From: Escherichia coli O157:H7
GTDB taxonomy: Bacteria; Pseudomonadota; Gammaproteobacteria; Enterobacterales; Enterobacteriaceae
Assembly (NCBI RefSeq): GCF_013167455.1
Contig: NZ_CP038328.1
Direction: 5' to 3' (one strand)
DNA: 64,000 nt
The translations under genes were made by a program, and so were the position numbers. This document shows, in pieces, positions 43,270-55,338 of this stretch; within the stretch, counting starts at the first letter, position 1, and each line of letters begins with the position of its first letter. Under the pieces are notes generated by a model. The model was given only the letters and a program-made list of their open reading frames with translations, searched no databases and was not told the origin of the DNA.

Positions 43270-45531
43270 TTACCCCCGACGCAAGTTCTGCGCCGCCTGC
43301 ACCATGTTCGCCAGTGCCGCGCGGGTTTCTGGCCAGCCGCGCGTTTTCAGGCCACAGTCCGGGTTGACCCACAGGCGCTCTGCCGGAATGCGTTTTGCCG
43401 CTTTCTTCAGCAAGGCTTCAATCCATTCCACGCTCGGTACGTTTGGCGAGTGAATGTCATAGACGCCTGGACCGATTTCATTCGGATAATCAAACTCTTC
43501 GAACGACTCCAGCAACTCCATGTCAGAACGCGAGGTTTCGATGGTGATGACGTCTGCGTCCAGTGCCGCAATCGAATCCATGATGTCGTTGAACTCGCAA
43601 TAACACATGTGAGTGTGGATTTGTGTGTCATCTTTCGCCACGGCGGCGTTGATACGGAAGGCCTCCACGCCCCACTGGAGATATGCATCCCAGTCGCTAC
43701 GACGCAGCGGTAAACCTTCGCGCAGCGCCGGTTCATCAATCTGGATGATGCCAATTCCTGCGGCTTCCAGGTCCGCCACTTCATCACGCAGCGCCAGCGC
43801 AATTTGTTTGGCGATGGTTTCACGGCTGACATCTTCACGCGGGAACGACCAGCAGAGAATGGTCACCGGGCCAGTCAGCATCCCTTTCACCGGTTTATCA
43901 GTCATAGATTGCGCATACTTCGCCCACTCCACGGTAATCGGTGCCGGGCGACTAACGTCACCAATAACAATCGGTGGCTTCACGCAGCGGGAACCGTAGC
44001 TCTGTACCCAACCGTTTTGCGTAAAGACAAACCCGTCGAGGTGCTCGCCAAAGTATTCCACCATGTCATTACGCTCGGCCTCGCCATGTACCAGCACATC
44101 CAGTCCCAAACGTTCCTGTTCAACAATGGCCTGCCTGATATGTTCCGCAATGCCCGTGCGGTAGTTATTGGCGTCGAGATTGCCCTTTTTGAAATCCAGA
44201 CGCAGGGTACGAATTTCCGTGGTTTGCGGGAAGGAACCAATCGTGGTGGTCGGCCACGCTGGCAGTTTAAAACGCGCACGCTGGGCTTCAGCACGCACTT
44301 CATAGACATTCGCACGCTGGCTGTCCTGGGCGGTGATCGCCGCCAGACGCTTTTCTACCGCCGGATTATGTACACGAGTAGAGTGACGACGCGCCTGAAT
44401 TGGGGCGCTCCACTCTGCCAGAGCTGCCGTGTCACCACTGTTCAGCGCATCGCGCAGCAGTGCCAGTTCATGGCATTTTTGTAGGGCGAAGGCAAACCAG
44501 CTTTTCACTTCTGCATCAAGACGCGTTTCCACGCTCAGGTCGATGGGGCTGTGCAGCAACGAGCAGGAAGATGCCACCCACAAATCACGTTTGCCGACAA
44601 TGTCCTTAATTTGCACATATTTCTCAGTAAGATCGGCGCGCCAGACGTTACGACCATTGATCAGACCCGCAGACAGCAGCCAGTCAGAAGGCAGGCGCTT
44701 GTGCAGTTCAACAACGTCATCTTTACCATGTACAAGGTCCACATGCAGCCCCTGAACAGGCAGCGCAGTAATCGTGTCGAGATTTGGCGTTACGCCTTCA
44801 AAATAGGTGGTCAGCAGCAGTTTCACCTGTCCCTGGAGCGCGTCGTAAGCGGGTTTGTATGCGTCCAGCCACGCCTGTGGTAGTTCCAGTACCAGCGCGG
44901 GTTCATCAATCTGTACCCACTCGATGCCACGTTTCGCCAGTTCTGCCAGCACTTGCTGATAAACCGGCAGAATGTCGTTCAGCAGGCTCAGGCGGTCAAA
45001 CTGTTCACCTTTCACTTTCCCCAGCCACAGCCAGGTAATCGGCCCCAGCAGCACAGGTTTCACCTTGTGGCCCAGCGCCAGCGCCTCGTCCACTTCGTCC
45101 AGCAGCTGCGTCCAGGTCAGTTTGAACTGTTGGCCTTTAACGAACTCCGGCACCATGTAGTGATAGTTGGTGTTAAACCATTTGGTCATTTCCGCTGCCG
45201 CCGCAGGTTCGCCAGTCGGCGCACGTCCACGACCAATACGGAACAGGGTGTCGATATCTACCGAACCATCTTTGTTCTGATGACGCGCCGGAACGTTACC
45301 CAGCAGCAGACTGGTGGTCAGTACATGATCGTACCAGGCAAAATCGCCCACCGGCAGCAGGTCGATACCCGCTTGCTTTTGTTGATCCCAGTGACGAGCA
45401 CGCAATTCACGCCCTACCGCCAGCAGTTCTTCACGCGTGGAGTTCCCCGCCCAATAACTCTCTTGCGCTTTTTTCAGCTCGCGACGCAGGCCAACGCGAG
45501 GGAAACCGAGGGTGTGATTCAATATTGTCAT
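43270..45531 (-). CDS. metE: Cobalamin-independent methionine synthase
   Basis: 753 aa [37 protein letters not shown]... Confidence 0.97.
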   Translation of the reverse strand: MTILNHTLGFPRVGLRRELKKAQESYWAGNSTREELLAVGRELRARHWDQQKQAGIDLLPVGDFAWYDHVLTTSLLLGNVPARHQNKDGSVDIDTLFRIGRGRAPTGEPAAAAEMTKWFNTNYHYMVPEFVKGQQFKLTWTQLLDEVDEALALGHKVKPVLLGPITWLWLGKVKGEQFDRLSLLNDILPVYQQVLAELAKRGIEWVQIDEPALVLELPQAWLDAYKPAYDALQGQVKLLLTTYFEGVTPNLDTITALPVQGLHVDLVHGKDDVVELHKRLPSDWLLSAGLINGRNVWRADLTEKYVQIKDIVGKRDLWVASSCSLLHSPIDLSVETRLDAEVKSWFAFALQKCHELALLRDALNSGDTAALAEWSAPIQARRHSTRVHNPAVEKRLAAITAQDSQRANVYEVRAEAQRARFKLPAWPTTTIGSFPQTTEIRTLRLDFKKGNLDANNYRTGIAEHIRQAIVEQERLGLDVLVHGEAERNDMVEYFGEHLDGFVFTQNGWVQSYGSRCVKPPIVIGDVSRPAPITVEWAKYAQSMTDKPVKGMLTGPVTILCWSFPREDVSRETIAKQIALALRDEVADLEAAGIGIIQIDEPALREGLPLRRSDWDAYLQWGVEAFRINAAVAKDDTQIHTHMCYCEFNDIMDSIAALDADVITIETSRSDMELLESFEEFDYPNEIGPGVYDIHSPNVPSVEWIEALLKKAAKRIPAERLWVNPDCGLKTRGWPETRAALANMVQAAQNLRRG

Positions 45532-45665
45532 TTTTCTTCCTCTAATTATATGTAAATCCTATGGATTTTGAATTTAGGGAAGGCGGCAAGTTTATTCATC
45601 CCCGGGAGCTTACTGAAGTAAGTGACCGGGGTGGAGAAACGCAGCCAACGCACCATAAATTTAAA

Positions 45666-45705
45666 AGACGAAGGATTTTAGCCGTCCAGATGTTTACACA
45701 TCCAT
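45666..45705. promoter_or_regulatory. Putative tandem MetJ met-box array in metE-metR divergent control region
   Basis: agacgaag gattttag ccgtccag atgtttac acatccat: degenerate 8-bp repeats resembling AGACGTCT; weak match. Confidence 0.35.
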
Positions 45706-45766
45706 AATTGGCGGTTACTGTATATTCCTCAAGCGCAAATTATTCATGCCGAAGTGAAGGACTTTC

Positions 45767-46720
45767 ATGATCGAAGTAAAACACCTGAAAACGCTACAAG
45801 CGTTGCGGAACTGCGGCTCTCTCGCAGCCGCTGCGGCGACGTTGCATCAAACGCAATCCGCCCTGTCTCACCAGTTTAGCGATCTGGAACAACGCCTTGG
45901 CTTCCGGCTATTTGTGCGTAAGAGCCAGCCGCTACGCTTTACTCCACAGGGGGAAATCCTGTTGCAACTGGCAAACCAGGTGCTGCCGCAAATTAGCCAG
46001 GCGCTGCAAGCCTGCAATGAACCGCAACAGACGCGCCTGCGCATTGCCATTGAGTGCCATAGCTGTATTCAGTGGCTGACGCCCGCATTAGAAAATTTCC
46101 ATAAGAACTGGCCGCAGGTGGAGATGGATTTTAAATCGGGCGTAACGTTTGACCCGCAGCCTGCGTTGCAGCAGGGCGAGCTGGATCTGGTGATGACCTC
46201 CGATATTCTGCCGCGTAGTGGCCTGCATTATTCGCCGATGTTCGACTATGAAGTGCGTCTGGTGTTAGCACCTGACCATCCACTGGCGGCGAAAACGCGA
46301 ATCACGCCGGAAGATCTCGCCAGCGAAACGCTGTTGATTTATCCGGTGCAGCGTAGCCGACTGGATGTCTGGCGGCATTTTCTCCAGCCCGCAGGCGTTA
46401 GCCCGTCGCTGAAAAGCGTCGATAACACCTTATTGTTGATTCAGATGGTTGCCGCGCGGATGGGTATTGCCGCGCTACCACATTGGGTAGTAGAGAGTTT
46501 TGAGCGCCAGGGTCTGGTGGTGACCAAAACCCTGGGCGAAGGCTTGTGGAGCCGACTGTACGCCGCCGTGCGCGATGGCGAGCAGCGTCAGCCAGTTACG
46601 GAAGCGTTTATTCGCTCAGCGCGCAATCACGCCTGCGATCATCTGCCGTTTGTGAAGAGCGCGGAGCGACCCACTTACGATGCACCCACAGTGAGGCCAG
46701 GATCACCAGCGCGCCTGTAA
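45767..46720 (+). CDS. metR: LysR-family regulator MetR
   Basis: 317 aa [45 protein letters not shown]... Confidence 0.95.
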
Positions 46721-47507
46721 TAAACGTTGGCCAGTGCGGCTGTTGGTGCCAGATAGCCAGGTTAACCAGCAGCCCTGCCGGAACGTGCATATTATTCATA
46801 ATGCCCAGCGTTCCGGCGTCTACTTGGGTTGCGCCGTAGTTCCACATAAAGTAGCCAATCCCGGAAGCCACCACGCCAAGAAACACCAGAATGCCCCATT
46901 GCAACGTGGTTTGCGGCATTTTCTGCGCATTTCCCAGCAAGAACCATGCAATTACCGCCACCAGGAACGCGCCAAGATAGAACCACGCAAAGGCGTTATG
47001 CTGCGGCATCGGGCGAGTTTCCATCAGGCGTTTGTAACCCACCATGCCGATGGCAAAAGTGATATTGGAGAGTTGCACCAGCAACAAGCCAGTCCAGAAA
47101 TGGTCGGTGACCTGATCATAGCGAATAATCCCGGCACCAATCACCGCCAACAAGGCACTAAAAGCATATCCCCAGCGCAGACGGCGCTTACTCATGATGT
47201 CATAAATCAGCGTGATGTAGAGCGGCGTCAGTACGGTGAACAGCAGCAGTTCGGAAACCGTCAGGTAGAGATAAGCGCGGAAACTCAGCATATACATCAC
47301 GCCGAGCTGCATCGCGCCCACCAGCATATACAGGCCGACTGTTTTCAGGCTATTGCCACGGGTACGCAGAAACGGCAGAAAAACGAGTGCCGCCAGGCCA
47401 ACGCGCACCAGCACCGCAAAATAGCTATCGACGTGCCCCGCAAGGTACTCGCCATAAAAGCTAAAGGAGAAGGCCCACAGAATCGTGGTGATGATAAGTA
47501 GCGCCAC
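46608..47507 (-). CDS. yigM: EamA-family transporter YigM (biotin transporter BioP)
   Basis: 299 aa polytopic membrane protein [24 protein letters not shown]...; 3' end overlaps metR 3' end by 113 nt. Confidence 0.85.
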
Positions 47508-47582
47508 AATGGAAAACTCTTTGATTAACGAGTATCCATTGTAGCGAAGTATCAGGTTGACAACTGACCAAATAAAGAACGA

Positions 47583-48383
47583 TTACGATAAATAGAGTTT
47601 ACGCAGATAATGCGGCACCGCGTCGTCGGCATTAGTACCAATCACTTCCAGCTCGGGATGAAGGTCTTTCAGACGCTGGTGCGCACTGCCCATAATGCAG
47701 CCTTTCCCCGCCATCGACAGCATTTCGGCATCGTTCATCCCGTCACCAAACGCAATACAATCCTTCAGGCTGTAGCCCAGTTTCTTCGCCACCGCTTCCA
47801 GCGCATGGCCTTTTGAAACGCCGCCCGCCATCACTTCCAGACAGGTTAAGGTAGAGAAACTGACGTTGACGCGATCGCCCCAACGAGCGTTAATCGCCTG
47901 CTCCAGCGGCAGCAGTTGTTCATGGGAATCGCAGGTGAAGAACACTTTGCTGACGCCTTCCGGCTCCAGTAATCCAGGCTCATACAGCGCATATTTGAAC
48001 ACCGCTTCTTTAAAAAAGCGCATCTCTTCCGGGCGATGGCGATTCATAAACCATTCGTCGTCGCGATAAACGTTAGTAATGATGTCCGGATTGTCGTTGA
48101 CTACGCCAAACAGATCGCTGGCAATGTCGCGATCCAGGTTATGAGCAAAAATCAGATTACCATCCAGATCGTGAACGCGCGCACCATTGGAGGTAATCAT
48201 GTAAGACTTAATCTCCAGATTATCGCGAATTTGCCCCACATCAACGTGGTGACGACCGGTCGCAAACACAAAGTTGATGCCGCGCGCGGTGAGCAGCTTC
48301 AGGGGTTCTTTGGCGTAAGGGGATAATGTATGGTCGGGAGAAAGTAACGTGCCATCTAAATCAGACGCAACAACCTGGTACAT
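47583..48383 (-). CDS. yigL: HAD-family sugar phosphatase YigL (Cof-like)
   Basis: MYQVVASDLDGTLLSPDHTLSPYAKEPL..., 266 aa from internal ATG. Confidence 0.9.
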   Translation of the reverse strand: MYQVVASDLDGTLLSPDHTLSPYAKEPLKLLTARGINFVFATGRHHVDVGQIRDNLEIKSYMITSNGARVHDLDGNLIFAHNLDRDIASDLFGVVNDNPDIITNVYRDDEWFMNRHRPEEMRFFKEAVFKYALYEPGLLEPEGVSKVFFTCDSHEQLLPLEQAINARWGDRVNVSFSTLTCLEVMAGGVSKGHALEAVAKKLGYSLKDCIAFGDGMNDAEMLSMAGKGCIMGSAHQRLKDLHPELEVIGTNADDAVPHYLRKLYLS

Positions 48384-48390
48384 AAGAAAT

Positions 48391-49413
48391 TTAAACCTCT
48401 GTAGAGCGGTTTCCGCTGGGTGAGTTATGCCTGTTGAAAAAATCAACGATGGCGTGGAGCGCAACTGAGCGCATTGCGTCCTTTTCAAAAAGGATCTCAT
48501 GGTACGCACCTTTAATTACCAGCGGTCGTCCCCCTTCGACAGGATGGCCCGCGGCGGTGCGGAGTTCACAAAAACGGTCATGAATGCGGTTATCCACCAC
48601 GCGTTCCTCTTCAGCCTGCAAGAGAAGCGTTGGCGTGGCGTCATCACCCGCACCGGCTAACACCTGTTCGCCAGCCAGAATACTTTCGCGTACCCAATGG
48701 TAGGTCGGCCCACCGACGCGAATCGTTGGGTCATCAGCATAGAAGCGTAAGTTACGTCGATATCGCTGTCTGCTGTGGGTCAGTACGTTGATAGCAAACG
48801 GCAACGCGCGCCAGCGCCCGGTGCCTATTGCATAGCCATCACGGAAACGTGGATGCGCTTCGGCCCAGTTGAGGATCTGCCGTGCCATAAATGACGGCAT
48901 ACGAATCACGATCCCAAACATTGGCGCAGTTAGCGCAATGGCGTCACATACACCTGGATGGCGTTGCAGAAATAATGTGGAGATCGCACCGCCCATCGAA
49001 TGTGCCAGTATATAGCGTTTACGCCACGGACCGGGCTGGACCTCCTGTTGCCAGAATGCCGCCAGATCATCAACATAATCATTAAAGCGATTAACATGCC
49101 CGAGATGCGGATCGGCTAACAGGCGACCGGAACGTCCCTGCCCGCGATGGTCGATGATTAAGACATCAAACCCCAAATGGAACAAATCGTAGGCCAGTTC
49201 CGCATATTTTACGTAACTCTCAATACGCCCCGGGCAGATGACTACCACCCGGTCATGGTGCTGTGCGCGAAAACGGACAAAGCGCACCGGAATGTCATCC
49301 ACACCAGTAAACTCTGCTTCATCACGCTGACGCCAGAAATCAGTCAGCGGTCCCATGGTAAAAGCAGCAAACGCGTTTTCTCTTGTTTCCCAGTCTTTTT
49401 GCTGCTGAAACAT
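48391..49413 (-). CDS. pldB: Lysophospholipase L2
   Basis: 340 aa MFQQQKDWETRENAFAAFTMGPLTDFWRQRDEAEF...; GHSMGG lipase motif. Confidence 0.94.
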   Translation of the reverse strand: MFQQQKDWETRENAFAAFTMGPLTDFWRQRDEAEFTGVDDIPVRFVRFRAQHHDRVVVICPGRIESYVKYAELAYDLFHLGFDVLIIDHRGQGRSGRLLADPHLGHVNRFNDYVDDLAAFWQQEVQPGPWRKRYILAHSMGGAISTLFLQRHPGVCDAIALTAPMFGIVIRMPSFMARQILNWAEAHPRFRDGYAIGTGRWRALPFAINVLTHSRQRYRRNLRFYADDPTIRVGGPTYHWVRESILAGEQVLAGAGDDATPTLLLQAEEERVVDNRIHDRFCELRTAAGHPVEGGRPLVIKGAYHEILFEKDAMRSVALHAIVDFFNRHNSPSGNRSTEV

Positions 49414-49523
49414 CGGGTAATCTGCCTCTTAAACCACGTAAAATCGTTTTTTTTAGCGTGCCTGACACAACGCTGCGACAGTAGCGTATTGTGGCACAAA
49501 AATAGACACACCGGGAGTTCATC

Positions 49524-50144
49524 ATGACCTTAGAATGGTGGTTTGCCTACCTACTGACATCAATCATTTTAAGCCTGTCGCCAGGCTCTGGTGCAATCAA
49601 CACTATGACCACCTCGCTCAACCACGGTTATCGCGGCGCGGTGGCGTCTATTGCCGGGCTTCAGACCGGACTGGCGATTCATATTGTGCTGGTTGGCGTG
49701 GGGTTGGGGACGCTATTTTCCCGCTCAGTGATTGCGTTTGAAGTGTTGAAGTGGGCAGGCGCGGCTTACTTGATTTGGCTGGGAATACAGCAATGGCGCG
49801 CCGCTGGCGCAATTGATCTTAAATCGCTGGCCTCTACTCAATCGCGTCGACATTTGTTCCAGCGCGCAGTTTTTGTGAATCTCACCAATCCCAAAAGTAT
49901 TGTGTTTCTGGCGGCGCTATTTCCGCAATTCATCATGCCGCAACAGCCGCAACTGATGCAGTATATCGTGCTCGGTGTCACCACTATTGTGGTCGATATT
50001 ATTGTGATGATCGGTTACGCCACCCTTGCTCAACGGATTGCTCTATGGATTAAAGGACCAAAGCAGATGAAGGCGCTGAATAAGATTTTCGGCTCGTTGT
50101 TTATGCTGGTGGGAGCGCTGTTAGCATCGGCGAGGCATGCGTGA
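49524..50144 (+). CDS. rhtB: LysE-family homoserine/homoserine-lactone exporter
   Basis: 206 aa [32 protein letters not shown]...; position next to pldB. Confidence 0.9.
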
Positions 50145-50149
50145 AAAAT

Positions 50150-50200
50150 AATGTCGGATGCGGCGTAAACGCCTTATCCGACTTACTCTGAAGACGCGTC
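50150..50200. repeat. REP element
   Basis: gtcggatgcggcgtaaacgccttatccgac. Confidence 0.7.
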
Positions 50201-50205
50201 TGGCA

Positions 50206-50826
50206 TTACCGCGAAATAATCAAATGAATGCCAAATCCGGCAAATAACGCCCCGGCAAAACCATCAATCCACTTCGCCAGACGTTGATAACCACGGCGCA
50301 TTTGCGGCAGGGCAAACAGGCTGGCCACCACAGTAAACCACGCCAGCGTTTCGACAATAATCAACGCGAAAATGCCCCAGCGCGCGGTAGTGCCAACGTT
50401 ATCACCGACAAACAATGAGAACACCGAGCCAAAGTAGATAATCGCTTTCGGATTAGCGAGATTGGTCAGTAAACCTTTCAGGAAACTGCGCCCACTTTTC
50501 GCCAGCTCGACCTGTGGCGCAGGTGCAGAAACCGCCTCTTTTTTCAGCGCGCCGCGCAGCATCTGGTAACCCATCCAGCAGAGATACAGGCCACCGCCAA
50601 CCATAATCAGCGTATGCAGCCAGGCCATTTTTTCGATAATCAAATGCAGGCCAAGCAACGCAATCCCTGCCCAAACCATAACGCCGCAGGTAATACCCAG
50701 CACGCCCATCATCGCTTCTTTACGGGAACGACTGACAGCGGTCTGAGAGACAAAAAAGAAATCGGGACCGGGACTCATAAGCGCCACAATGTGCACCATG
50801 GCGACGGTGAGAAATAACATCAACAT
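50206..50826 (-). CDS. rhtC: LysE-family threonine exporter
   Basis: 206 aa MLMLFLTVAMVHIVALMSPGPDFFFVSQTAVSRSRKE...; position next to recQ. Confidence 0.9.
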   Translation of the reverse strand: MLMLFLTVAMVHIVALMSPGPDFFFVSQTAVSRSRKEAMMGVLGITCGVMVWAGIALLGLHLIIEKMAWLHTLIMVGGGLYLCWMGYQMLRGALKKEAVSAPAPQVELAKSGRSFLKGLLTNLANPKAIIYFGSVFSLFVGDNVGTTARWGIFALIIVETLAWFTVVASLFALPQMRRGYQRLAKWIDGFAGALFAGFGIHLIISR

Positions 50827-50889
50827 ACATTTGACTCGCGGGGGAAACGTTTACGGAGTCTTCATCCTGGCACTTTTTTATGCTGCTGA

Positions 50890-52719
50890 CTACTCTTCGT
50901 CGTCGCCATCGACATGCGCACGAATCAGCGCCATAAACGGTTTACCAAAGCGTTCCAGCTTGCGCATCCCAACGCCGTTAACGCTGAGCATTTCGCTGGC
51001 GGTGATCGGCATCTGTTCAGCCATCTCAATCAAGGTTGCGTCGTTAAACACCACGTACGGCGGGACATTACTTTCATCGGCAATCGATTTACGCAGTTTG
51101 CGTAATTTGGCGAACAGTTTGCGATCATAGTTGCCGCCGAACGATTTCTGCATCGCTTTCGGTTTGAGCGCCACGATACGCGGCACGGCAAGTTGTAAAG
51201 AGGATTCGCCGCGCAGCACCGGGCGCGCGGCCTCTGTCAGTTGTAGGGCAGAATGCTGGGCAATATTTTGCGTCACCAGGCCGAGGTGAATCAGCTGGCG
51301 GATCACGCTCACCCAATGTTCATGGCTTTTATCACGGCCCATGCCATAGACTTTCAGTTTGTCATGACCATAGTCGCGGATACGCTGGTTATTAGCACCA
51401 CGAATCACTTCCACCACATAACCCATCCCAAACCGCTGATTCACACGACCAATGGTGGAAAGGGCAATCTGAGCATCGGTTGAACCGTCGTACTGTTTCG
51501 GCGGATCGAGGCAGATATCGCAGTTCCCGCACGGCTCCTGACGCCCTTCGCCAAAATAGTTCAGCAATACCAGACGACGGCAAGTTTGCGCTTCGGCAAA
51601 CGCGCCCATCGCATTGAGTTTGTGGCGCTCGATATCCTGCAACTGCCCCTGCGGCTTCTCTTCCAGACAACGGCGCAGCCACGCCATATCAGCTGGATCG
51701 TAAAACAACATCGCTTCCGCAGGCAGGCCATCACGCCCGGCGCGACCGGTTTCCTGATAATAGGATTCGATATTGCGCGGAATATCAAAGTGGACCACGA
51801 AGCGAACGTTTGGTTTATTGATGCCCATGCCGAACGCCACCGTCGCCACCACAATTTGCAGGTCATCGCGCTGGAATTTCTCCTGCACGTCGGCGCGGAC
51901 ATTATTTTCCAGCCCGGCATGATAGGCCGCCGCGCTAATACCCTTGCTTTGCAGGCGCGCAGCGGTGTCTTCTACTTTCGCCCGGCTGTTGCAGTAGATA
52001 ATGCCGGACTTACCGCGCTGTTCCTGCACGTAGCGCATCAACTGATCGAGCGGTTTGAATTTCTCCATCAGCATGTAGCGAATATTCGGACGGTCAAAAC
52101 TGCTGATTTGAATCAGCGGATCGTTCAGCCCCAGCAGGCGCACGATATCCTGGCGCGTGGTGTCGTCGGCTGTGGCGGTCAGCGCCATAAACGGCAGCGT
52201 CGGGAACCGCTGGCGCAACTGACCGAGCGCGGCATATTCCGGGCGGAAATCGTGGCCCCATTGGGAGATACAGTGCGCTTCATCAACGGCTAATAACACC
52301 GGATTCCAGTGCGCCAGATGCTCAAGAAAGTTATCCAGCATCAGGCGTTCCGGGGCGATATAAAGCAGACGAATTTGCCCGGTGCGGCAGCCTGTCATCA
52401 CTTCAAGTTGCTGTTCGCGGGTTTGCGTCGAGTTAAGGCACGCCGCCGCCACGCCGTTGGCTTGCAGTTGATCCACCTGATCTTTCATCAACGAAATCAG
52501 CGGTGAAACAACCACGGTAAGGCCGTTTAGCAATAAGGCAGGAATTTGATAGCAAAGGGATTTTCCGCCACCGGTGGGCATGACGACCAGGCAATCGCGA
52601 CCGGAAAGCACAGTGTCGATAATTTCTTCCTGGCCGGGGCGAAACTGTTGGTAGCCAAAGGTTTCTTGTAAAACCTGTTTAGCTCCGGACTCCAGATTCA
52701 ACACTTCCGCCTGCGCCAC
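50890..52719 (-). CDS. recQ: ATP-dependent DNA helicase RecQ
   Basis: (M)[33 protein letters not shown]... DEAH box, RQC zinc motif, HRDC tail; GTG start assumed (alternative GTG 6 nt upstream). Confidence 0.95.
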
Positions 52720-52741
52720 ATTCACCCCGATTGCCTGAAAT

Positions 52742-52768
52742 AAAAACAGGCGCTATTTTCAGCGCCTG
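52742..52768 (-). terminator. Rho-independent terminator of pldA
   Basis: caggcgct-gaaaata-agcgcctg hairpin followed by TTTTT on minus strand. Confidence 0.7.
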
Positions 52769-52851
52769 CGCGAGAAACTGCAATGCTTTTAGTCTCTGAG
52801 AGGGTAATCCTGGATGCTGGATTCCAGATTTGCCAACCACTCAACCGTTCA

Positions 52852-53721
52852 TCAAAACAAATCGTTTAGCATAACCCCCACACCGACACGGGTCTGGTTG
52901 AAGTTATAGTCGATGAGCGATTCGCCATAGCCGCTGTAAACCTGAGTATAAAGGCGCACATGTTTGGTGATCGGGTAACTTAAGCCTAACTCCGCGCCGC
53001 CGTAGCCGGTGTTCCAGTTGTACTGTCCTTTCGCACTGAGCACCGCATCACCGAGGTGATAGCCGATTTTAAGCTGGTAGTAACCCATATATTTGGTGAT
53101 ATCCGGGTTATCGTCAGTATTACCCACCACATACCACGGCTTCACTTCTACCAGCCAGTTACCGTTTTCTGCCATCAGGCGAGTATAAAGGCGGTTCCAG
53201 CTGCGGGAGGTCGGGTCTGAACGCCCGTTAGAGTCGTGGTTATACCCCATCTCCACATCGCGCAGCGTCCAACCTGCAAAACGGTAATCGGTGGCAAAAC
53301 CGAGGAACAATTGCGGTTCGTAGTTGGTTTCACGAAACGGTGAAGACTCTTCGCTATTGGACAGTTGCCACCAGGATTTTTGCGTATAAGACGCACCCAA
53401 CACCGAGTTCGGGCCTAAAATCCCACGCCACAGCGGAAATGCCAGGCTCAACTGAAACTTTACTTCATCCTTACGCGCATTTTCCGCCCAGTCGTAACTG
53501 GCAATCGCTTCTTTGTTCAGATCGCTGGTTTGGGTGTAGATGAGGTAGTTGGTGTCATAAGGATAGAGCGTGAACGGATTGTCATGCTCCTGCAGCATAT
53601 TGGCGATAATACTGCCACGCACCGCTGGCGCGTCATGCACCTCTTTCACCGTTGCCTCTTGTGCATATACTGCCATAGGCAACATAAACACCGGCAACAA
53701 CCAGCCCTGCAGAGTCCGCAT
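52852..53721 (-). CDS. pldA: Outer membrane phospholipase A
   Basis: 289 aa MRTLQGWLLPVFMLPMAVYAQEATVKEVHDAP... with signal peptide. Confidence 0.96.
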   Translation of the reverse strand: MRTLQGWLLPVFMLPMAVYAQEATVKEVHDAPAVRGSIIANMLQEHDNPFTLYPYDTNYLIYTQTSDLNKEAIASYDWAENARKDEVKFQLSLAFPLWRGILGPNSVLGASYTQKSWWQLSNSEESSPFRETNYEPQLFLGFATDYRFAGWTLRDVEMGYNHDSNGRSDPTSRSWNRLYTRLMAENGNWLVEVKPWYVVGNTDDNPDITKYMGYYQLKIGYHLGDAVLSAKGQYNWNTGYGGAELGLSYPITKHVRLYTQVYSGYGESLIDYNFNQTRVGVGVMLNDLF

Positions 53722-53885
53722 CGGTCGTGTTCTCCGTAACGAATTATTGATAAGGTGAATGTTTTTCTGCGGGGTATTTTACATACTTAACTCCATTGCC
53801 GTTAGTTATCCCTTCCTAAAGTAGAAACCAACAACAAAGAATCATAAAATCAACATTTCATTAACCAATGAAGTGTAAGGATGAT

Positions 53886-54353
53886 ATGTCTGCCGTACTG
53901 ACCGCTGAACAAGCCCTGAAATTAGTGGGTGAGATGTTTGTTTATCACATGCCATTTAACCGCGCATTGGGGATGGAACTGGAGCGTTACGAAAAAGAGT
54001 TCGCACAGCTGGCCTTTAAAAATCAGCCAATGATGGTGGGCAACTGGGCGCAAAGCATTTTGCACGGCGGGGTCATTGCGTCGGCGCTGGATGTCGCCGC
54101 CGGTCTGGTGTGCGTAGGAAGTACCTTAACCCGCCACGAAACCATCAGTGAAGATGAACTACGCCAGCGGCTATCGCGGATGGGGACCATTGATCTTCGC
54201 GTCGATTATCTGCGCCCAGGCAGAGGCGAGCGTTTTACTGCTACCAGTAGCCTGTTGCGTGCAGGCAATAAAGTCGCCGTCGCCCGCGTTGAATTACACA
54301 ATGAAGAACAGCTTTATATTGCCAGTGCCACCGCCACCTATATGGTAGGTTGA
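53886..54353 (+). CDS. yigI: Hotdog-fold thioesterase YigI
   Basis: [38 protein letters not shown]..., 155 aa. Confidence 0.9.
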   Translation: MSAVLTAEQALKLVGEMFVYHMPFNRALGMELERYEKEFAQLAFKNQPMMVGNWAQSILHGGVIASALDVAAGLVCVGSTLTRHETISEDELRQRLSRMGTIDLRVDYLRPGRGERFTATSSLLRAGNKVAVARVELHNEEQLYIASATATYMVG

Positions 54354-54404
54354 AGACATAAAAGCAGGTAAACTGCTGTTACCAATTAAAAATGAGTATT
54401 CCCG

Positions 54405-55292
54405 ATGGATGCAAAACAAACGCGGCAGGGCGTATTACTCGCTCTTGCCGCTTATTTTATTTGGGGTATAGCCCCAGCGTACTTCAAGTTGATTTACTAC
54501 GTGCCCGCCGATGAGATCCTGACGCATCGCGTGATCTGGTCGTTTTTCTTTATGGTGGTGCTGATGAGCATTTGCCGCCAGTGGTCCTATTTAAAAACGC
54601 TGATTCAGACGCCACAGAAAATTTTTATGCTGGCAGTCTCTGCCGTGCTGATTGGTGGCAACTGGCTACTGTTTATCTGGGCGGTGAACAATCACCATAT
54701 GCTGGAAGCGAGCCTTGGTTACTTTATTAACCCGCTGGTGAACATTGTGCTGGGGATGATTTTCCTCGGCGAGCGATTCCGCCGGATGCAATGGCTGGCG
54801 GTGATTCTGGCGATATGTGGCGTGTTAGTCCAGCTGTGGACTTTTGGTTCGCTACCTATTATCGCGCTGGGGCTGGCATTTAGTTTTGCCTTCTACGGCC
54901 TGGTGCGCAAGAAGATTGCGGTAGAAGCACAAACCGGCATGTTAATTGAAACCATGTGGCTGCTGCCCGTGGCGGCGATTTACCTGTTTGCTATTGCCGA
55001 CAGCTCAACCAGCCATATGGGGCAAAACCCGATGTCGCTGAATTTACTGCTGATCGCCGCCGGTATTGTCACTACCGTACCGCTGTTGTGTTTTACCGCC
55101 GCTGCCACGCGCCTTCGTCTCTCAACGTTAGGCTTTTTCCAGTACATTGGCCCGACGCTGATGTTCCTGCTGGCTGTGACGTTTTATGGTGAAAAACCGG
55201 GTGCCGATAAGATGGTGACTTTCACCTTTATTTGGGTGGCGCTGGCAATTTTTGTGATGGATGCGATTTATACGCAGCGTAGAAAAAGTTAA
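54405..55292 (+). CDS. rarD: EamA/DMT-family transporter RarD
   Basis: 295 aa MDAKQTRQGVLLALAAYFIWGIAPAYFKLIYYVPADEILTHRV... Confidence 0.95.
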   Translation: MDAKQTRQGVLLALAAYFIWGIAPAYFKLIYYVPADEILTHRVIWSFFFMVVLMSICRQWSYLKTLIQTPQKIFMLAVSAVLIGGNWLLFIWAVNNHHMLEASLGYFINPLVNIVLGMIFLGERFRRMQWLAVILAICGVLVQLWTFGSLPIIALGLAFSFAFYGLVRKKIAVEAQTGMLIETMWLLPVAAIYLFAIADSSTSHMGQNPMSLNLLLIAAGIVTTVPLLCFTAAATRLRLSTLGFFQYIGPTLMFLLAVTFYGEKPGADKMVTFTFIWVALAIFVMDAIYTQRRKS

Positions 55293-55338
55293 GAATTAAC
55301 ATGGGTAGGCCGTTTAAAGAGCCTACCCACTGACTTAT

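Noticed and set aside
46734-47501. 255-aa plus-strand ORF antisense to yigM
   Set aside because: Antisense to a polytopic membrane protein gene; His/Gln/Arg-rich junk-like translation.
52729-52744. Possible LexA box upstream of recQ (ctgaaataaaaacag)
   Set aside because: Spacing is CTG-N9-CAG rather than the required N10; it overlaps the pldA terminator instead.
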